The notes under the pieces were generated by a model. The model did no database searches. It saw nothing but the letters and a program-made list of their open reading frames with translations, and was not told the DNA's origin. 64,000 bases of DNA from Octopus bimaculoides (lineage: Eukaryota): the NCBI RefSeq assembly GCF_001194135.2, contig NC_068982.1:77087573-77151572 (forward strand), read 5' to 3'. This document shows positions 1 to 13,185 of this stretch, piece after piece (the stretch's first letter is position 1; every line of letters starts with the position of its first letter). A program made the position numbers and the translations under genes.

Positions 1-769
1 ACCCAGGACTATATAGTCAGAAAGCAAACTTCTTAACCATGCATCTAAACACACACACAAAGCAACAGACTGCTGAAAGACAGGAAGCTGCACGTTTTTA
101 TTTTTTGGAAACAATATATATAGATAGATGAATGCACATACACCATATTTTTATAAAATACATATTTCTGTAGATTTTTGTCTCACTTGACAGATTACAA
201 TGATGTTTTTGTAGTTCAATATAAACACACTTTAGCTCCCTAAATAAAACTGTCTCTCTCTTCTCTCGCCATCTTTCATCTTCCTCCTCTCTCTCACTCC
301 CCCTCCCCTTGGATGAACCATTAATGGGAGAAAGGGATTCTCAGCTGTAAAAACAACAGGAACTCCCTTCTATATTAGTAAATATTTAAGTAAATAGATG
401 AATAATAACTTTGAACAGGCATCAAATTTTAAAATATTTAAATATTAAATCATAGCATTTTTATATCACAGGGTTTCACTTCTGATAAATGTAGCTGAGC
501 TGAGGTGACATAGTTTTGATTTAGTGCTGCCTTTCAGTGGAGTGGGGCATAAATAAGAAACAAGCAGATAAAACTTGCAATAAAATTTTAATTGAAACTT
601 CTTTTGTGTTAACATCATTATTGTTTAACATTAGTTTTCCATGCTAACATGGTTTTGACCATTTGGCAGGATGGGCTGCATGACTGCATTGAGCTCCACT
701 ATCTGCATTGGTAGGATTTTTACAGCTGGATGCCCTTCTTAATGTCAACCACTTTACAGGGTGTAAAGT

Positions 770-1100
770 GTAAAGACCACCTTCGGTCACAAATGATTAT
801 GGGATTGCTTCTAGAAAGTTACCCTCTGAGACACAAGTCCAGGCAAGGTTGTTTATGGAAAGCCAACAGTCATCCATGCTTACCAGCCTCATCTCTAAAC
901 ACTACCAATGTTATCTAAGGGGAAAACAAAGGTTGATACCGCTTGACACCAGTGACATTGCAACTCATTTCTACAGTAATGTGAAATAAAGTGTTTTGCT
1001 CAAGAACACAATGCCATGCCCAGTCCAGTCCAGGAACAGACTTCACTATCTCATGATTGTGAGCCTGACACTCTAACCACTGAGTCATGCACCTTCCCTG
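770..1100 (+). mobile_element. Interspersed repeat family (gacccccttcggtcatgaatgacc...gctcaagaacacaac)
   Basis: Homologous copies at about 41095-41410 and 45090-45370. Confidence 0.75.
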
Positions 1101-3575
1101 ATGTATTGGCTACTTTTTCTCATGACACTGGCACTAGTGAGGTCGCCAAGTAACTTGCAAGACAAAGCAAAAGGAAAAAGTTCCTCAATAAAGTGGGATT
1201 GTAGTTGAAGGGAAGGTGGCTTTATGCCAGGTGTTGAGAGGGTATGATAGAGAAATAGGTATGATGCATGGCTAACTCACATTATATTGGAGTGGGTTGA
1301 GTAGCTGGAACAAAGATTTTGCTGACAAGTTGTCAGTGTACTTGTCAAGATACAAGAAGGTGAAGATAAGTGGATAGGTTAATAAGAGTGAAAGATGGTT
1401 AGAGAAGGTGGATAGAGGTAAATGGGATGAATGGTGTGGTCAGTGATAAATATCAGTATGGAGGTGAAAGTAAAAGAACTATCTCAGGAAGGAGGACGAG
1501 GAGGAGGTGATAAGTAGAAGTATAGGAAAGGTGGAGAGCAGCAGTATAATAAGCCTGTAAGAAAATCCAAAAATAGGGAAATATTGTGTAGGTGGGAGAG
1601 GTGGACAGAGATGGAGGACAATGGTAGCAGGGCATCAGTTGTGTGTATATATAAGCTTTGACTCTTATTTCTAGCAATACTGGTGCTGATTAGTGCCCTT
1701 TGTCACTTTAATAACATATGTATTTCTGTCTTTAGCTTATAAAATTGTGAATTGGCCACCCATATTATTTATAATATTCACTTTTACTGTTTATGAAACC
1801 AGTGTATGATTTCAACGGAAATCTTATAAACTGTCATGGCGAGCTGAGTTTAACTCTGGGCACAGTGAGAGCCACTGATGAGCATTAAGGGGCATAAGCA
1901 TTAAAATGCAAAATCATTGATGATCTGGCTATATCTGCTGCTGTAGAGAGCTTGCCTCCATTGTCAGTCATTAAGATAATGCTTGCCATGGCTATTGAGT
2001 TGTTTTGATTCCTATTTCTAGCAATACTGGTGCTGATTAGTGCCCTTTGTCACTCTAGTGACATATATATTTCTTCCTTTAGGTTGTAAAATTGTGAATC
2101 AGTCACCCATTTTATTTATATCTATATGTATGTGTATATATAATGAGAGTGCATAGTGGTTTGGGTGTTGCACTCATGATCATGGACCCAGTTGGTACAT
2201 TGTGTTCTTCAGCAAAACACTTCATCTCTGTTTGCTCTGGGGTTACTTCAATACCTTATGTGTGGTACATCATGCACCTGTTTGGGCAACATCAGTTTGG
2301 AGTAAGCTTATGTGTAGTGCATACATTTGATCACTGTAAACAAATTATTTGTGTGGGTCGTTCAGCAAAAGCTGAACACTTATACGTCATCTTTGATAAG
2401 AGATTCCGTTACACACACACACACACACACACTCACACACACAAACTTTGGAATGCAAGGTTTCGTCTTGACATTAATATTTTGTAATATGTTTTTTTAA
2501 CCGACACAACCACATCTCCTGCTCTTCCTCCCCTCTGTCTCCTGTATCATCACCACCATTATTATTAAGGCAGCAAGCTGGCAGAATCATTACTATGCAA
2601 GACAAAATGCCTAGCAGCATTTCTTCCAGCTTTGTTCTGAGTTCAAATGCTGCTGGGGTTGATGTAATCAACATATCCTCCTCCCCCAAAATTGCTGGGT
2701 TTGTGCCAAAATTTGAAACCATTATTGTTACTGGCAGAGTTGTTAATGTCAGACAAAATGCTTAGTGGCATTTGTTCCAACAACTTTTGCTATTCATCCT
2801 TTGAGGCCCAATAAAATAAGTATCAGTTGAAAAATGAGGTCCATGTAATCAACTTAAATTGCTGGCTTTATGCCAAAATTCAAAACCTTTCCTATTATTA
2901 TTATTATTACTATTCAACTGCTCTTCTCTCTCCGTTCCTCTTTTTTCCACTGTCGATCATCTCCTTCCCCCACCCCACCCACTGTATCACTGCTCACCCC
3001 TCAACCCTACCCAATTTCTACAGTTGTCACCTACACTTCCCTGCTTGCTTATCATACCTCACCATTTTTTCTTCACAATACTTACTCTCTTACTCATTCT
3101 CTGTTTCTAACCATTTCTCACACTCCCATACACTCTTGCAACCTCTACCCTCTCGCACTTCCTGTTTTATCCCCACTCATTTCTACTCCCTTCCTATCTT
3201 GAGTAACTGTGAAGCTAGTTCCCCTTCCCCCCTGCTGCAAGAAACCTGTTGTTTTCTGGCTCCATGTTTCACTACTTTATCCCCTTACCATCCCATTACA
3301 TAAAGCTGCCATATTCTCTATTGTAATTCCCATTTAGTTGAAGAGGGTCTTAGTCTTGCAGGCTGCATAGTGACATGCTGTAAAGTGGTTGGCATTGAGA
3401 AAGATATTCAGCAATAGAAACCATGTCAAGGCAACTATTGGAGCATGAAGCAGTCTTCAGATCCATCTCAAAGCATCCAATGTACGCCAGTATGGAACAT
3501 GTTTGTTGAATGATGATGATGATGGTGATTGTTTTAAATGTTTAGTTCTAACTCTTGCTTCTTTTTAAATTTCAG

Positions 3576-3803
3576 CTGTTGATTTCTTTAATCAAATTAA
3601 CATGCTATATGGAACAATCACAGAATTTTGCACGGAAGAGAGTTGTGCAGTAATGTCCGCCGGGCCAAAATACGAGTACCACTGGGCTGATGGTCAGACT
3701 GTGAAAAAACCAATCAAGTGCTCAGCCCCCAAATATATTGATTATCTGATGACCTGGGTACAAGACCAGTTAGATGATGAAACATTATTTCCATCTAAAA
3801 TAG
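3576..3803 (+). CDS. MOB1: MOB kinase activator 1, internal coding exon (228 nt)
   Basis: Acceptor tttcag| at 3575, donor ATAG|gtaaat at 3804. Translates (T)VDFFNQINMLYGTITEFCTEESCAVMSAGPKYEYHWADGQTVKKPIKCSAPKYIDYLMTWVQDQLDDETLFPSKI(G), near-identical to MOB1A/B and mats. Earlier exons lie outside the window. Confidence 0.98.
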
Positions 3804-5796
3804 GTAAATGATTTACATCTTCTATCAATAAGAATTGTTATTCCCACCCATGCCAGCATGGAAGGTGGACATTAAATGATGATGTTTGATGTAAAAAAAT
3901 AATAAAATCTTTCTCTTTGAGAACCTGACCAGAATTAATAACCATATGAAAAATGTCTTGTATGGATCTAAATAAATTAGTTCAACAAACGACCTTACAT
4001 ACCTCATTTATTTCATTTTAATTTTATTAAGACACAGGCATGGATATGTGGTTAAGAAGTTTGCTTTCCAACCACATGGTTTCAGGTTTAGTCCTGCATG
4101 GCACCTTGAGCAAGTATCTTCTACTATGGCCCCAAGCTGGCCAAAACCTTGTGAGTCTGAAAGAAGCCCATTTTTTCTGTTTGCATTTACTTGACATTAC
4201 ATGCCTGTTGTAAATGAATATCACTGTCAACAAGTGATGTCATTCTTGAAAAATATGTCTAGTCATGGGAAAATATTACCTTGCTTGGAAACAGGTTAGG
4301 TAGCAACAGGAAGGGATTTGAACTATAGAAAATCTACCTCATTAAACTCTACCCATCCTATGCAACCATGCAAAAAATAGGTGTTAAAACAACAATGGTG
4401 TTGATGATAATGATGATTCACTAATTATTTTCACTTAAATTAGGCATCAAAATCTCATGTAATGTTTTGTATTTTATGTTAAATTGTTACTAGGATGTGT
4501 TGTAGTGCCTTTAGCATTTTTAGGCTCTTTTATAATGTTGTGGGTTAGAAGTTGAAGAGATTGTTGGAAATATATAGTTACAGAGGTGTTGAACAAAGAT
4601 TAGTATGAGGTTTGTGCTGTTGCATAACCCCTGGTCAACCATGAAACAGCAGACCTAGAATCAGTCTTTCCAGATACAACCATTCTTTGGTGGTGATTGG
4701 TAGGGGATATATCTAAGACTTCATTATCAATGTTCTTTCTTTATTTCAGACAATTTCAGGTAGATTTAGCTGCTATTTTTAGTAAGTCAAGTGACGGTGT
4801 TGAGCTTCCTTGTTAAGTGCATCAAGCAAATTAAAAGTGAGAGGTGGGGTATATTAGGGAAAGAGAAAATAGAGGGTTACAAATGATAAGTCAAAGATTG
4901 TCAACTGTTTGGGAATGGACATAATCTTATAGGGGCAAACATCATTTATCATCTATATTCCATGCTGATATATGTTGGAGGTTTTGACAGGATTCAACCA
5001 GTCCAAGGACTGTATCATGTTCCACTTTGACATTAGGGAGAGCATCCAGCCATGGAAGCTAGGTCTACCACTTCACAGTGTATACTTTTTTCACACCACC
5101 AACACTAGTGAAACTGTCATGCAGCTTGTACAACTATGAATCCCTGATAGAGGCAGCTTTATGCTAGATGAAGGGTTAAAGTATGAGGGAAGGAGCCAAA
5201 GCAGAACAGTTTTTTTGTAAAGAAGCTACATGTCTACCCACATTTTAGAAGAGAGGGTGAAAGTAATCAGGGTGGACCCGGGAAGAGATAAAAATAGTGG
5301 TGGATGGGTGAACACTTAAGATATGGGGTGAGTAGAAGTGGAAACAGAAGAACCAGAGAGTGTGGATGAGTTGAAGTTGTAAGAGTGTTTGGAACAGTGA
5401 TAGATGGAGAGAGGGTAGAGGGTAAAAATAATGAATGAAGAACAAATGTTGAGTGGATAAGTAAGGGAAGCAGAGAATAGTAGGTGGCAACTGTAGTGAT
5501 TGGACAGGGTTGGTGGAGATAGTTTAAGTTTGGGTAACCAATGAGGCTGAAGAGTAGCAGAATAAAAGTGATGATATATTTTTTAAAAATTTTATTTAAA
5601 AGTTGTCTTCAATGTGTAAACTAACATTACCAATAACTTAAAAGGTACTCATAATCCCAATCATTTAATCCATTAATTGAAATAGTTTTCATCATTAAAC
5701 TGAAATTTGAAACCTTGTCCTGTTAATCGAAAGTCTAAAAGTCACTTAACCTCTTATAGATTGTTGTTAATGTGACTTTTTTCCTTCTTCTTGCAG

Positions 5797-6038
5797 GTGT
5801 ACCATTCCCAAAGAATTTTTTGTCAATAGCAAAAACTATTCTGAAACGCTTGTTCCGAGTGTATGCACATATTTATCACCAACATTTCAGGGAAGTGGTG
5901 CAGCTGAGTGAAGAAGCCCACTTAAACACATCGTTCAAGCACTTCATATTCTTTGTCCAGGAATTTAACTTGATAGACCGTCGTGAACTTGCTCCACTGC
6001 AGGAACTTATAGACAAACTAACCAGTAAAGAAAGATAA
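5797..6038 (+). CDS. MOB1: MOB kinase activator 1, last coding exon (242 nt including stop)
   Basis: Acceptor ttcttcttgcag| at 5796, phase 1 as required by the previous exon. GVPFPKNFLSIAKTILKRLFRVYAHIYHQHF...ELAPLQELIDKLTSKER* is the MOB1 C-terminus. Confidence 0.98.
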
Positions 6039-6890
6039 ACGCCACTAAAATGCATGCATACAAACACAAACATAGACACTGGCACAAACACTTTTAACAT
6101 GTTGCTACACCCGTAAACCAAAACTTATGCCATTCTTTCCTCCAGATTTTAAGCTGTGAGACTGAGCAAAAAAAATAAATTAGAGAACATTTTTTTTTTC
6201 TTCTGGAGGTAACAGATTTACTCAAACTGAAACAAAAAAAAATTGCAGGCAAGGGATTATCATGGGCAAGGGATTATTTTTATTGCATTCTTTATATACA
6301 CTGCTGTTCCTGAAGAGGAAAGAATGAAATGGTAATAGTGGTGCCAACATAGGCCCCAAAAAAACACTGACAGATTGTGACGGAACTCTGATGCATTCAG
6401 TGTAATTCTTTGCTTATGCTGTGTGCTAAAACTCGAGTTTTTTCTTTGTAATACGCACATAAACACTCACACACACACACACACACATATATCCATTTAG
6501 CTTTAATCTCTCAATAACAGACATAGCCTGTAGTTTTTCTGCAAATGTTTATTTATATGCCTTTTATTTTTTTTATTAAGTGTAAAATTCATAAGATTTT
6601 CAGCTTTCTGTTCTTTTTGTTTGATCCAAGTTTTAGTTTTGTTTTCTAAATTATAATACATATTTAAAATTCTAAATAGGAAATTTTCTCCCGTTTACTT
6701 AACATGTATATGTGTGGGTCTTGGTTTGATTTTTTTCATTCCTGTTTTGTTTTTTTATTTTTTGGGGTTTTTATGTTTTTAGAAACTTTCAAGACATCTG
6801 ATCCAATCTCAATATTTTTTTCATCTTGAGTTTGTTTCGAGATTTATCAGCAACCAGATATAGATTGCAAACTGTGAAAGCCAGTGTAGG

Positions 6891-6928
<38 letters not shown>

Positions 6929-7135
6929 CACACACGCACACTATTTTTTATTTGTAGATTAATTATTCTACCAAAGATTTCATGAAGAAAGTCTCATCCA
7001 ACATGGAGACCAATCACCAACATTCTTAGGTCGACCATTTGAAAAATTGTAAAATGCTTTACATGAAACCATTAGTAGAATTGTTAATCTTCAAAAAAGA
7101 ATATTTATCCACCAAATTCAGTGTTCATCACTGTC

Positions 7136-7182
<47 letters not shown>

Positions 7183-7640
7183 TGTATGTGTGTGTAAGAT
7201 TGTTTCTATGTACATGTCTAACAAGAGAATGGTGAAGTTGTTTTAGTATATCATTTCTCTTGTTTATCAGCTTTTTTATTTTTTTGTTTTGTTTTTTATT
7301 TATCAACTCAAAGAATTATAGAATTCTCATTCTAAAGCTTGGAATCTAGAGTGAGTTTGCATGCTTTGTCTACAAACTTCAGTTCTGCCCCCAAGCAAAC
7401 CAACAGCTACTGTGAGAAAATAAAAATGAATAAATACAACATACATTTCTAAGAGATCTATGCTAACATTTCAACAAATTTACAAAAAAAAAGGCAAAAA
7501 AGAAAGAAAAAAGTTAGGGTTTCAAAGAGGAGTGTTGGACTTTTTTAATTTTTTTTTTTTTTGATGAGATGGCAAAAATATTGTTTTCTAAAACAAATAA
7601 TAATAATAATATACTAAAATAAAACAAAATAAAAACACAA
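6039..7640 (+). other. MOB1: Probable MOB1 3' UTR; end uncertain
   Basis: Transposon-free AU/U-rich stretch after the stop. AATAAA at 6174, 7419, 7429 and 7628. Confidence 0.5.
7332..7406 (-). CDS. Hidden gene, candidate last exon G
   Basis: tttttattttctcacagtag| (NAGNAG acceptor). LLVCLGAELKFVDKACKLTLDSKL*, phase 0. Confidence 0.45.
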   Translation of the reverse strand: MLVCLGAELKFVDKACKLTLDSKL

Positions 7641-7692
7641 TACAGGAAAATTTGGTTTATCAGCTAATTTGAGTTTTAGTTTTTAGTGTGAC

Positions 7693-7784
7693 CTAACTGC
7701 AAACATTGTTAATGAATGGAGTAAGGTTATCGCTACAGTTGAATGGCTTCATGTGACTTTTTAAAATTTCAGCTTTCACACTTG
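7693..7784 (-). CDS. Hidden gene, exon F (92 nt, ends TAG|gt)
   Basis: tttgctaacaag|, phase 1. SVKAEILKSHMKPFNCSDNLTPFINNVCS* then gtcaca. Confidence 0.55.
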
Positions 7785-8375
7785 CTTGTTAGCAAATAAT
7801 GAAATTTGTAGAGTTCATCATCACCATCGTTGTTTTGACATCCATTTCATGTTTACAATGGGTCAAGCAGAACTTGTTGAAGCAGATGTTTCCAAGCAAG
7901 GTAATATTTCTTTATGGCCAGACATGATTTTCACGGAAGACTGATAGTGAACAACCTCACTTGTATTGATGGTGCTTATTTACAATCAACATGTAATGTC
8001 AAGAGAAGAGGGGCCACATACACACAAGTTTCTGTCTACCAAATCCACTTGCAACTATATGAGAAGACACTTGCCCAAGGTGCCATGCAGTGGGACTGTG
8101 AACCCATCATGTGTGTTTGTATCTCCTTGTCTTGACATTGTGTGATTGTTGTAAATGGGTATTCTTATCATACAAGCAGTGTCCTTCATTTCTAATCTTC
8201 CATGAAAACATCTCTGGCCATGAGAAAATATTACCTTGCTTGGAAATAGGTTAAGATTGGCAACAGGAAGGGTATCTGGCCATAGAGAAATCTATCTTAA
8301 TAAATTCCATCCAACCCATGCAGGTATGGAAAAGTGGATGTTGAAATGATTATGATGTTCTCTGTAAATGTTTAC

Positions 8376-8662
8376 ATTCTGTGCTTCATATGAAAATCAC
8401 TGGGCCAAGGTTGGTTATATTTCTTGACATTTCCATTAACAAATTGTCTGGTAGTTCTGTGCTTTCAAAAACAAGTGAAATGAAAACAACCTTACTTGAA
8501 AAACAAGTAAATTAGTGACAGAGACATTCAGCTTTAAAACAATGTTCCAGTATGTATTCGTCTAACCCAAAAATGAACAGAAAACAAACTAAATAGGTTG
8601 AAGTACTATGGCGTGAATATATTTTGATTACTGTAGTACTAATTATAAATCCAGCTGTTGAT
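8376..8662 (-). CDS. Hidden gene, exon E (287 nt, TAA at 8514, TGA at 8388)
   Basis: ctctttatttttattttacag| ... gaat|gtaaac. STAGFIISTTVIKIYSRHSTSTYLVCFLFIFGLDEYILEHCFKAECLCH*FTCFSSKVVFISLVFESTELPDNLLMEMSRNITNLGPVIFI*STE, phase 2 to 1. Confidence 0.65.
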
Positions 8663-9146
8663 CTGTAAAATAAAAATAAAGAGCAGTTTTTGGTAAAGAT
8701 TTTATTTCATGGGATGTATGCAAAACAGCGAGAATACAAACAATAGTATACCCATTCTTAATATGTTCTGACAGATCCGAATTTGAATATCTGATTGCTG
8801 TATTTTTCACCACCAGAGAACACCACTTCTATTTTGATGTGTGTCCATAATACACCTAATTCACCAATGTAAATGAACTTTGAAACACTAGTATTTCAAC
8901 TGCTTTGTCTCTCCTCAGTCAAAGCTACCCTGCCAGACTGTGCAATCATTTTGTTTATAGAAATTAACCAACAAATTAATTGCAGATGCATGCTGATGTA
9001 TGCTAAGCCGAAAATTACTCATGGGTGCATATAGAACAGCAAAAATCCAAACAATAACAATATCTATCTTTATTGTGTTGTGAAAGATTCAAATGTAAAT
9101 ATCTGACCATTGTTGTTTTTGCTTTGTGTATGTCATTGTAGATTAC

Positions 9147-9346
9147 CTCTTTACTTTAGATGATGTATATTTATAGCAAACATCATTCACCAGTGTAAGG
9201 GGGTCTTTGAGACAATGCAGTGTTTTGCAAATATTCACATTTGAATCTGCCAGAACATATTAGATATTGTAATGATTTTACTGTCTGTTTTCTTTTAACA
9301 ATTTTTTCATCCTATCAAGGTGGTGTGGCTTTCCACAAACTTGGAA
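9147..9346 (-). CDS. Hidden gene, exon D (200 nt, TAA at 9280 and 9262)
   Basis: cccttgcttttcag| ... aagag|gtaatc. FQVCGKPHHLDRMKKLLKENRQ*NHYNI*YVLADSNVNICKTLHCLKDPLTLVNDVCYKYTSSKVK(R), phase 0 to 2. An AATAAA at 9069-9074 followed by a GT-rich tract could support a shorter isoform ending here. Confidence 0.7.
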
Positions 9347-9697
9347 CTGAAAAGCAAGGGTTTTACAACTGTTTCTTCTGCTTAGCCTCTTACCTGTGAT
9401 TATCATTGTCATAACATCTACTTTTCCATGCTTGCATAGGGCAGATGGAGTTTCTTGAAGCAGACATCACAGGAAAGACATCCAGCCATAGAAAAAATCT
9501 AAGTAAAATTCAGAAGTGTAGATTGCTTCCCAACCACATGATTTCAAGATCAGTCCTACCATGTGGCACCTTGAGCAAATTTCTTTTGCTAAAGCCTTGT
9601 GAATGGATTAGGCAGATGAAAACTTGAAGGAAACCAATTGTATGTGTATATTTAATATATATAGTAATTTCATTTGGGTGTTAACCCTGGAGTTTAC

Positions 9698-9783
9698 CCT
9701 ATTAAGCTCTTCCACAGGTCCAGCTATCAAACAGTAATCTGGAGATTGTTTCTTATGCCTGAAGGTCCGCAAATATCCAGTTT
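9698..9783 (-). CDS. Hidden gene, exon C2 (86 nt, open)
   Basis: gcttaac...ttttcttggttataattatag| ... agg|gtaaac. (E)TGYLRTFRHKKQSPDYCLIAGPVEELNR, phase 1 to 0. Confidence 0.75.
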
Positions 9784-10319
9784 CTATAATTATAACCAAG
9801 AAAAATGGGTTAAGCAAGTCTTTATTTCATTGATCTACAATTGTTACTTCAAAAATTGATCTCATAAGCACTGCTATATTATGCAGTACTATATGCAACT
9901 ATTGATACATGAGGTGTCACACAAAATTGAAGATTGATTCTGAAGAATCATAAATGAAAATTATTTGCTGTGAACACTTGAGTTCACAATAATATATACC
10001 TATATCAAGTTGGAAGTGTTTAGATGGTTACATTTACATATTGCAAGCCAAACAGAACAAAAACATTCTGGTTTGAGTTGACAAGACAAGAAAAATATCT
10101 GAAACAATAACTTATCAATGATTCTGAAGAATTCATCTTTGATTTTTTTATGTCTGCCCTGCAATGGTTGCATATATTATTGTATAATAAAGCAATGCTT
10201 ACGAGATTGATTTTTGATGAAACAATTATAAATCAATGAGATAAAGACTTGCTCACTCCATTGTCCTTCATTATATATATATATATATATATATATAGTG
10301 TGGGTGTGGGTGTGGGTGT

Positions 10320-10650
10320 GCAGGTATGGCTGTGGTAGGAAGCTTGCTTCCCAACTACATGGTTCTGGCTTCAGTCCCACTGTATGGTACCTTGGGCAAG
10401 TGTCTTCTACTATAACCTCAAGCCAACCAAATCCTTGTGAGTGGTTTTGGTAAACAAAAACTGAAAGCCCATCGTATATATATATGTGTATGTGTTTGTT
10501 AACCCACCTACCATTGCTTGACAACCAATATTGGTATGTTTGCATCCCTGAAACTTACCTGTTTCTTTTGCTGAACTGCTAAAATAAGTACCAGGCTTAC
10601 AAAGAATAAGTCCTGGGGTTGATTTCTTTGGCTGAAACCAGTAAAAGAAT
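10320..10650 (+). mobile_element. tRNA-derived SINE, representative of the most abundant family
   Basis: ggctgtggtaggaagcttgcttcccaac...ggttcagtcccactg head. Similar pieces at about 4030, 9520, 14290, 16210, 32790, 35890, 39855, 44090 and 58680, in both orientations. Confidence 0.8.
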
Positions 10651-11394
10651 ACATATATATATATATATATATAGTTATTTGATGTCACTTTTTCCATGAT
10701 GGCATGGCTTGGACAGTTCAATGTAAACAAACATGCTACAGAACTGCCCCAAGTTCCAGTGTCTACTTTGGCATGGTTTCTATAGTTAGGTGTCCTTTCT
10801 AATGCTATCCATTTCAGAGTATATCAAGTGCTTTTGTGTGTGTGTGTGTGTGTGTGTCACCAGGTCTGAAGTCAACAAGTACTTGCAAGACAAGACCCCT
10901 CAACAGAGTAAGGTATAGTATTGAGGGATAAAATCAGGTGTCTTGCTGAAGGGGTAAATACATGGCTTGCTCATCTGGAAAGAGAGATATGAGGTCAAGG
11001 TTCAATGTGAATACTTAAGACAGAATAGGATAGAGGAGCAGAAAAAAGTGAATGTATAGGTAAGTGCACTAGAGTGAGAATAGTATGTCATGATTAGAGA
11101 TTGTGTTTATAAGCATGTATGCAAAGGTGAAGGCTTGTTATAAAAGCCAATGCTGTAAACATTCCAGAGAAATTAAAGGATGTTATTAAGGAGGTGTTGG
11201 GGAAAAGAATGGACAACATTTATTTCTATGACTCTTGGGGGGGGGGGTTTAAAATATCTGTGGCATTTGCAAAGATGTGGGAAGAAAACATCAAAATCGG
11301 TTTAATGAAAATGATGAAATTCAGATACTATTAAATGAAAAATAATGTAGCATTTATGAAAGTCCTCAGTGGAGAACCAGAAATTCATAAGAAT

Positions 11395-12720
11395 GAAACC
11401 TTGTACTGGGAGGTGAAATGTAAGGTACAGCACAGGCGTCATGACAGGATATTTAGTGGAGGAATAAAGTGGAACAGATACAATCTGCATCTAACTCCAA
11501 CAATACAAAACTTTTGTATAGCTTGCTGTGGGAAATTTATGGGCCATCATCATCTGTTATTTCTCTGAGTACTGGCTTCCAAAGAACTGCTCAGAGACCC
11601 CCTAAAGATATTTTTGTCAGGTGGTAAGAACACTTTAACGAACTTTTAGATAAACCTCAGGTTGATCATGAGCATACTGGCTTGATTCCTTGTATGCCCA
11701 TAAAAGAACAAGGTAGAAATTCCTTCCATTGAAGAAGTTGAAAATGTAAAAAAAAAAAGCTAGATAGTGGAAAATTTCCTGGGACAGATGGTCTCTGTGC
11801 TGAGATCTTGAAATGTGGAAGTGAAAGCCTGATTCAACAGCTAAATTAACGCAAAAAGTTTGAATGGAAGGGAATATCTTAAATGATATATCTCTGTAAA
11901 GGGAGACAGAACTATTGAAATGACCATAGAATCTCTATCTGTTGTAGGTAAGGTGTTGTGTAGGATCATGCTAGACAGACATTACTGGTATGGTTCTCCT
12001 TAGGTCTCAGTGTAGTTTCAGAAATGACAGGAAAACAACAGACATCTTTTCTATTAGTACAGGAAAATGGCATTGGGCAGAAGATGGACCTGTATCAAGT
12101 CTGTTGATCTAAGATTTTTATATTGAGAATAGAAATGCTTTGTGGAACATTCTGAGGAAATTTGAATGTCCTGATTAATTTTGATGGAATAAAAGCATGT
12201 GTCAACATGGATGATAAGCTCTTTGATCCAATTTTAGTTGTAAAATGTTAAGCAAGGGGATATACCAGTACCAACTTCGTTTGTATTATACTTTGCTCTG
12301 GCTTTTAAGGATTGTTTACACAGGGTCTACATTAGATGTCAATAAGTGGGATGTTGAATATAAGACTGTCAGAACAAAGCTGTTGTTTTCATCACTAATT
12401 CACAAATTGTTGTATGCTGATGACTGCAATCATGTTGCTCCCTGCAGCATCTGTGCCAAATGTGTATGGACAGAAATTGCAGGTTATGGATAAATTTGTT
12501 TTTAAACTACTAAACATGACAAATATTCTTGAGGATGAAAGCTCCATCCAAATGAAGAAAGGCAGTGATGCATTTAGAAAATAGGATGTATGTTTATGGT
12601 CTCAGCATGGAATTTCAATTGAGACAGTCAAAGGTCTACACAACTTGTGTTTTTTTTTCATTGCTGTATACATATGAGAGCTGGATTACTTAGTTGAGAC
12701 ATGAAATTTTACCAACAATG
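11395..12720 (+). mobile_element. Degraded LINE reverse transcriptase (RTE/CR1-like)
   Basis: Frameshifted RT motifs: W*EHFNELL, PGTDGLCAEILKCGSE, KGDR, SLSVVGKVLCRIMLDR, QCSFR, LLYADDC. Confidence 0.85.
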
Positions 12721-12744
12721 TCTCTACTGTATACCAAACATCCT

Positions 12745-13000
12745 ATCATCATCATCATCGTTTAACGTCCACTTTCCATGCTAGCATGGGTTGGACGATT
12801 TGACTGAGGACTGGTGAAACCAGATGGCTACACCAGGCTCCAATTTGATTTGGCAGAGTTTCTACAGCTGGATGCCCTTCCTAACGCCAACCACTCTGAG
12901 AGTGTAGTGGGTGCTTTTACGTCCCACCGGCACGAAGGCCAGTCAGGCGGTACAGGCAATGGCCATGCTCGAATGGTGTATTTTATGTGCCACCCGCACA
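12745..13000 (-). mobile_element. RTE LINE 3' end with (GAT)n tail
   Basis: Same sequence as the 3' ends attached to RTE RT remnants at 18575-19540 and 37720-38870. Confidence 0.8.
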
Positions 13001-13185
13001 TGTAAATACATATGTAGATATATGTATGTGTATGTATTAACTTTTGCAAGAAAAAGATTGACAGTGACTTCGAAATTTTGGTTTGCTCATCATCATCAGT
13101 CTAAAGAAGACACTTAACTTTTAACTTGTAAAAGTTTAATAAACATACTCTACTAAAAAGAATTGTGTGATCCTTTTATTTAATA

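Noticed and set aside
1870-1935. C/D-box-like TGATGA motifs in a MOB1 intron (snoRNA?)
   Set aside because: No properly placed terminal CTGA with a closing stem.
2827-3303. 158-aa Ser/Leu/His-rich ORF, and similar ones at 5245-5490 and 36544-37143
   Set aside because: Pyrimidine/purine-skewed degraded LINE sequence that recurs through the window; no splice or domain support.
8700-9060. Coding-looking stretch with faint Helitron/Tc1-like words
   Set aside because: No frame is stop-depleted and the motifs are too partial. It falls in the predicted D-E intron or an alternative 3' UTR.
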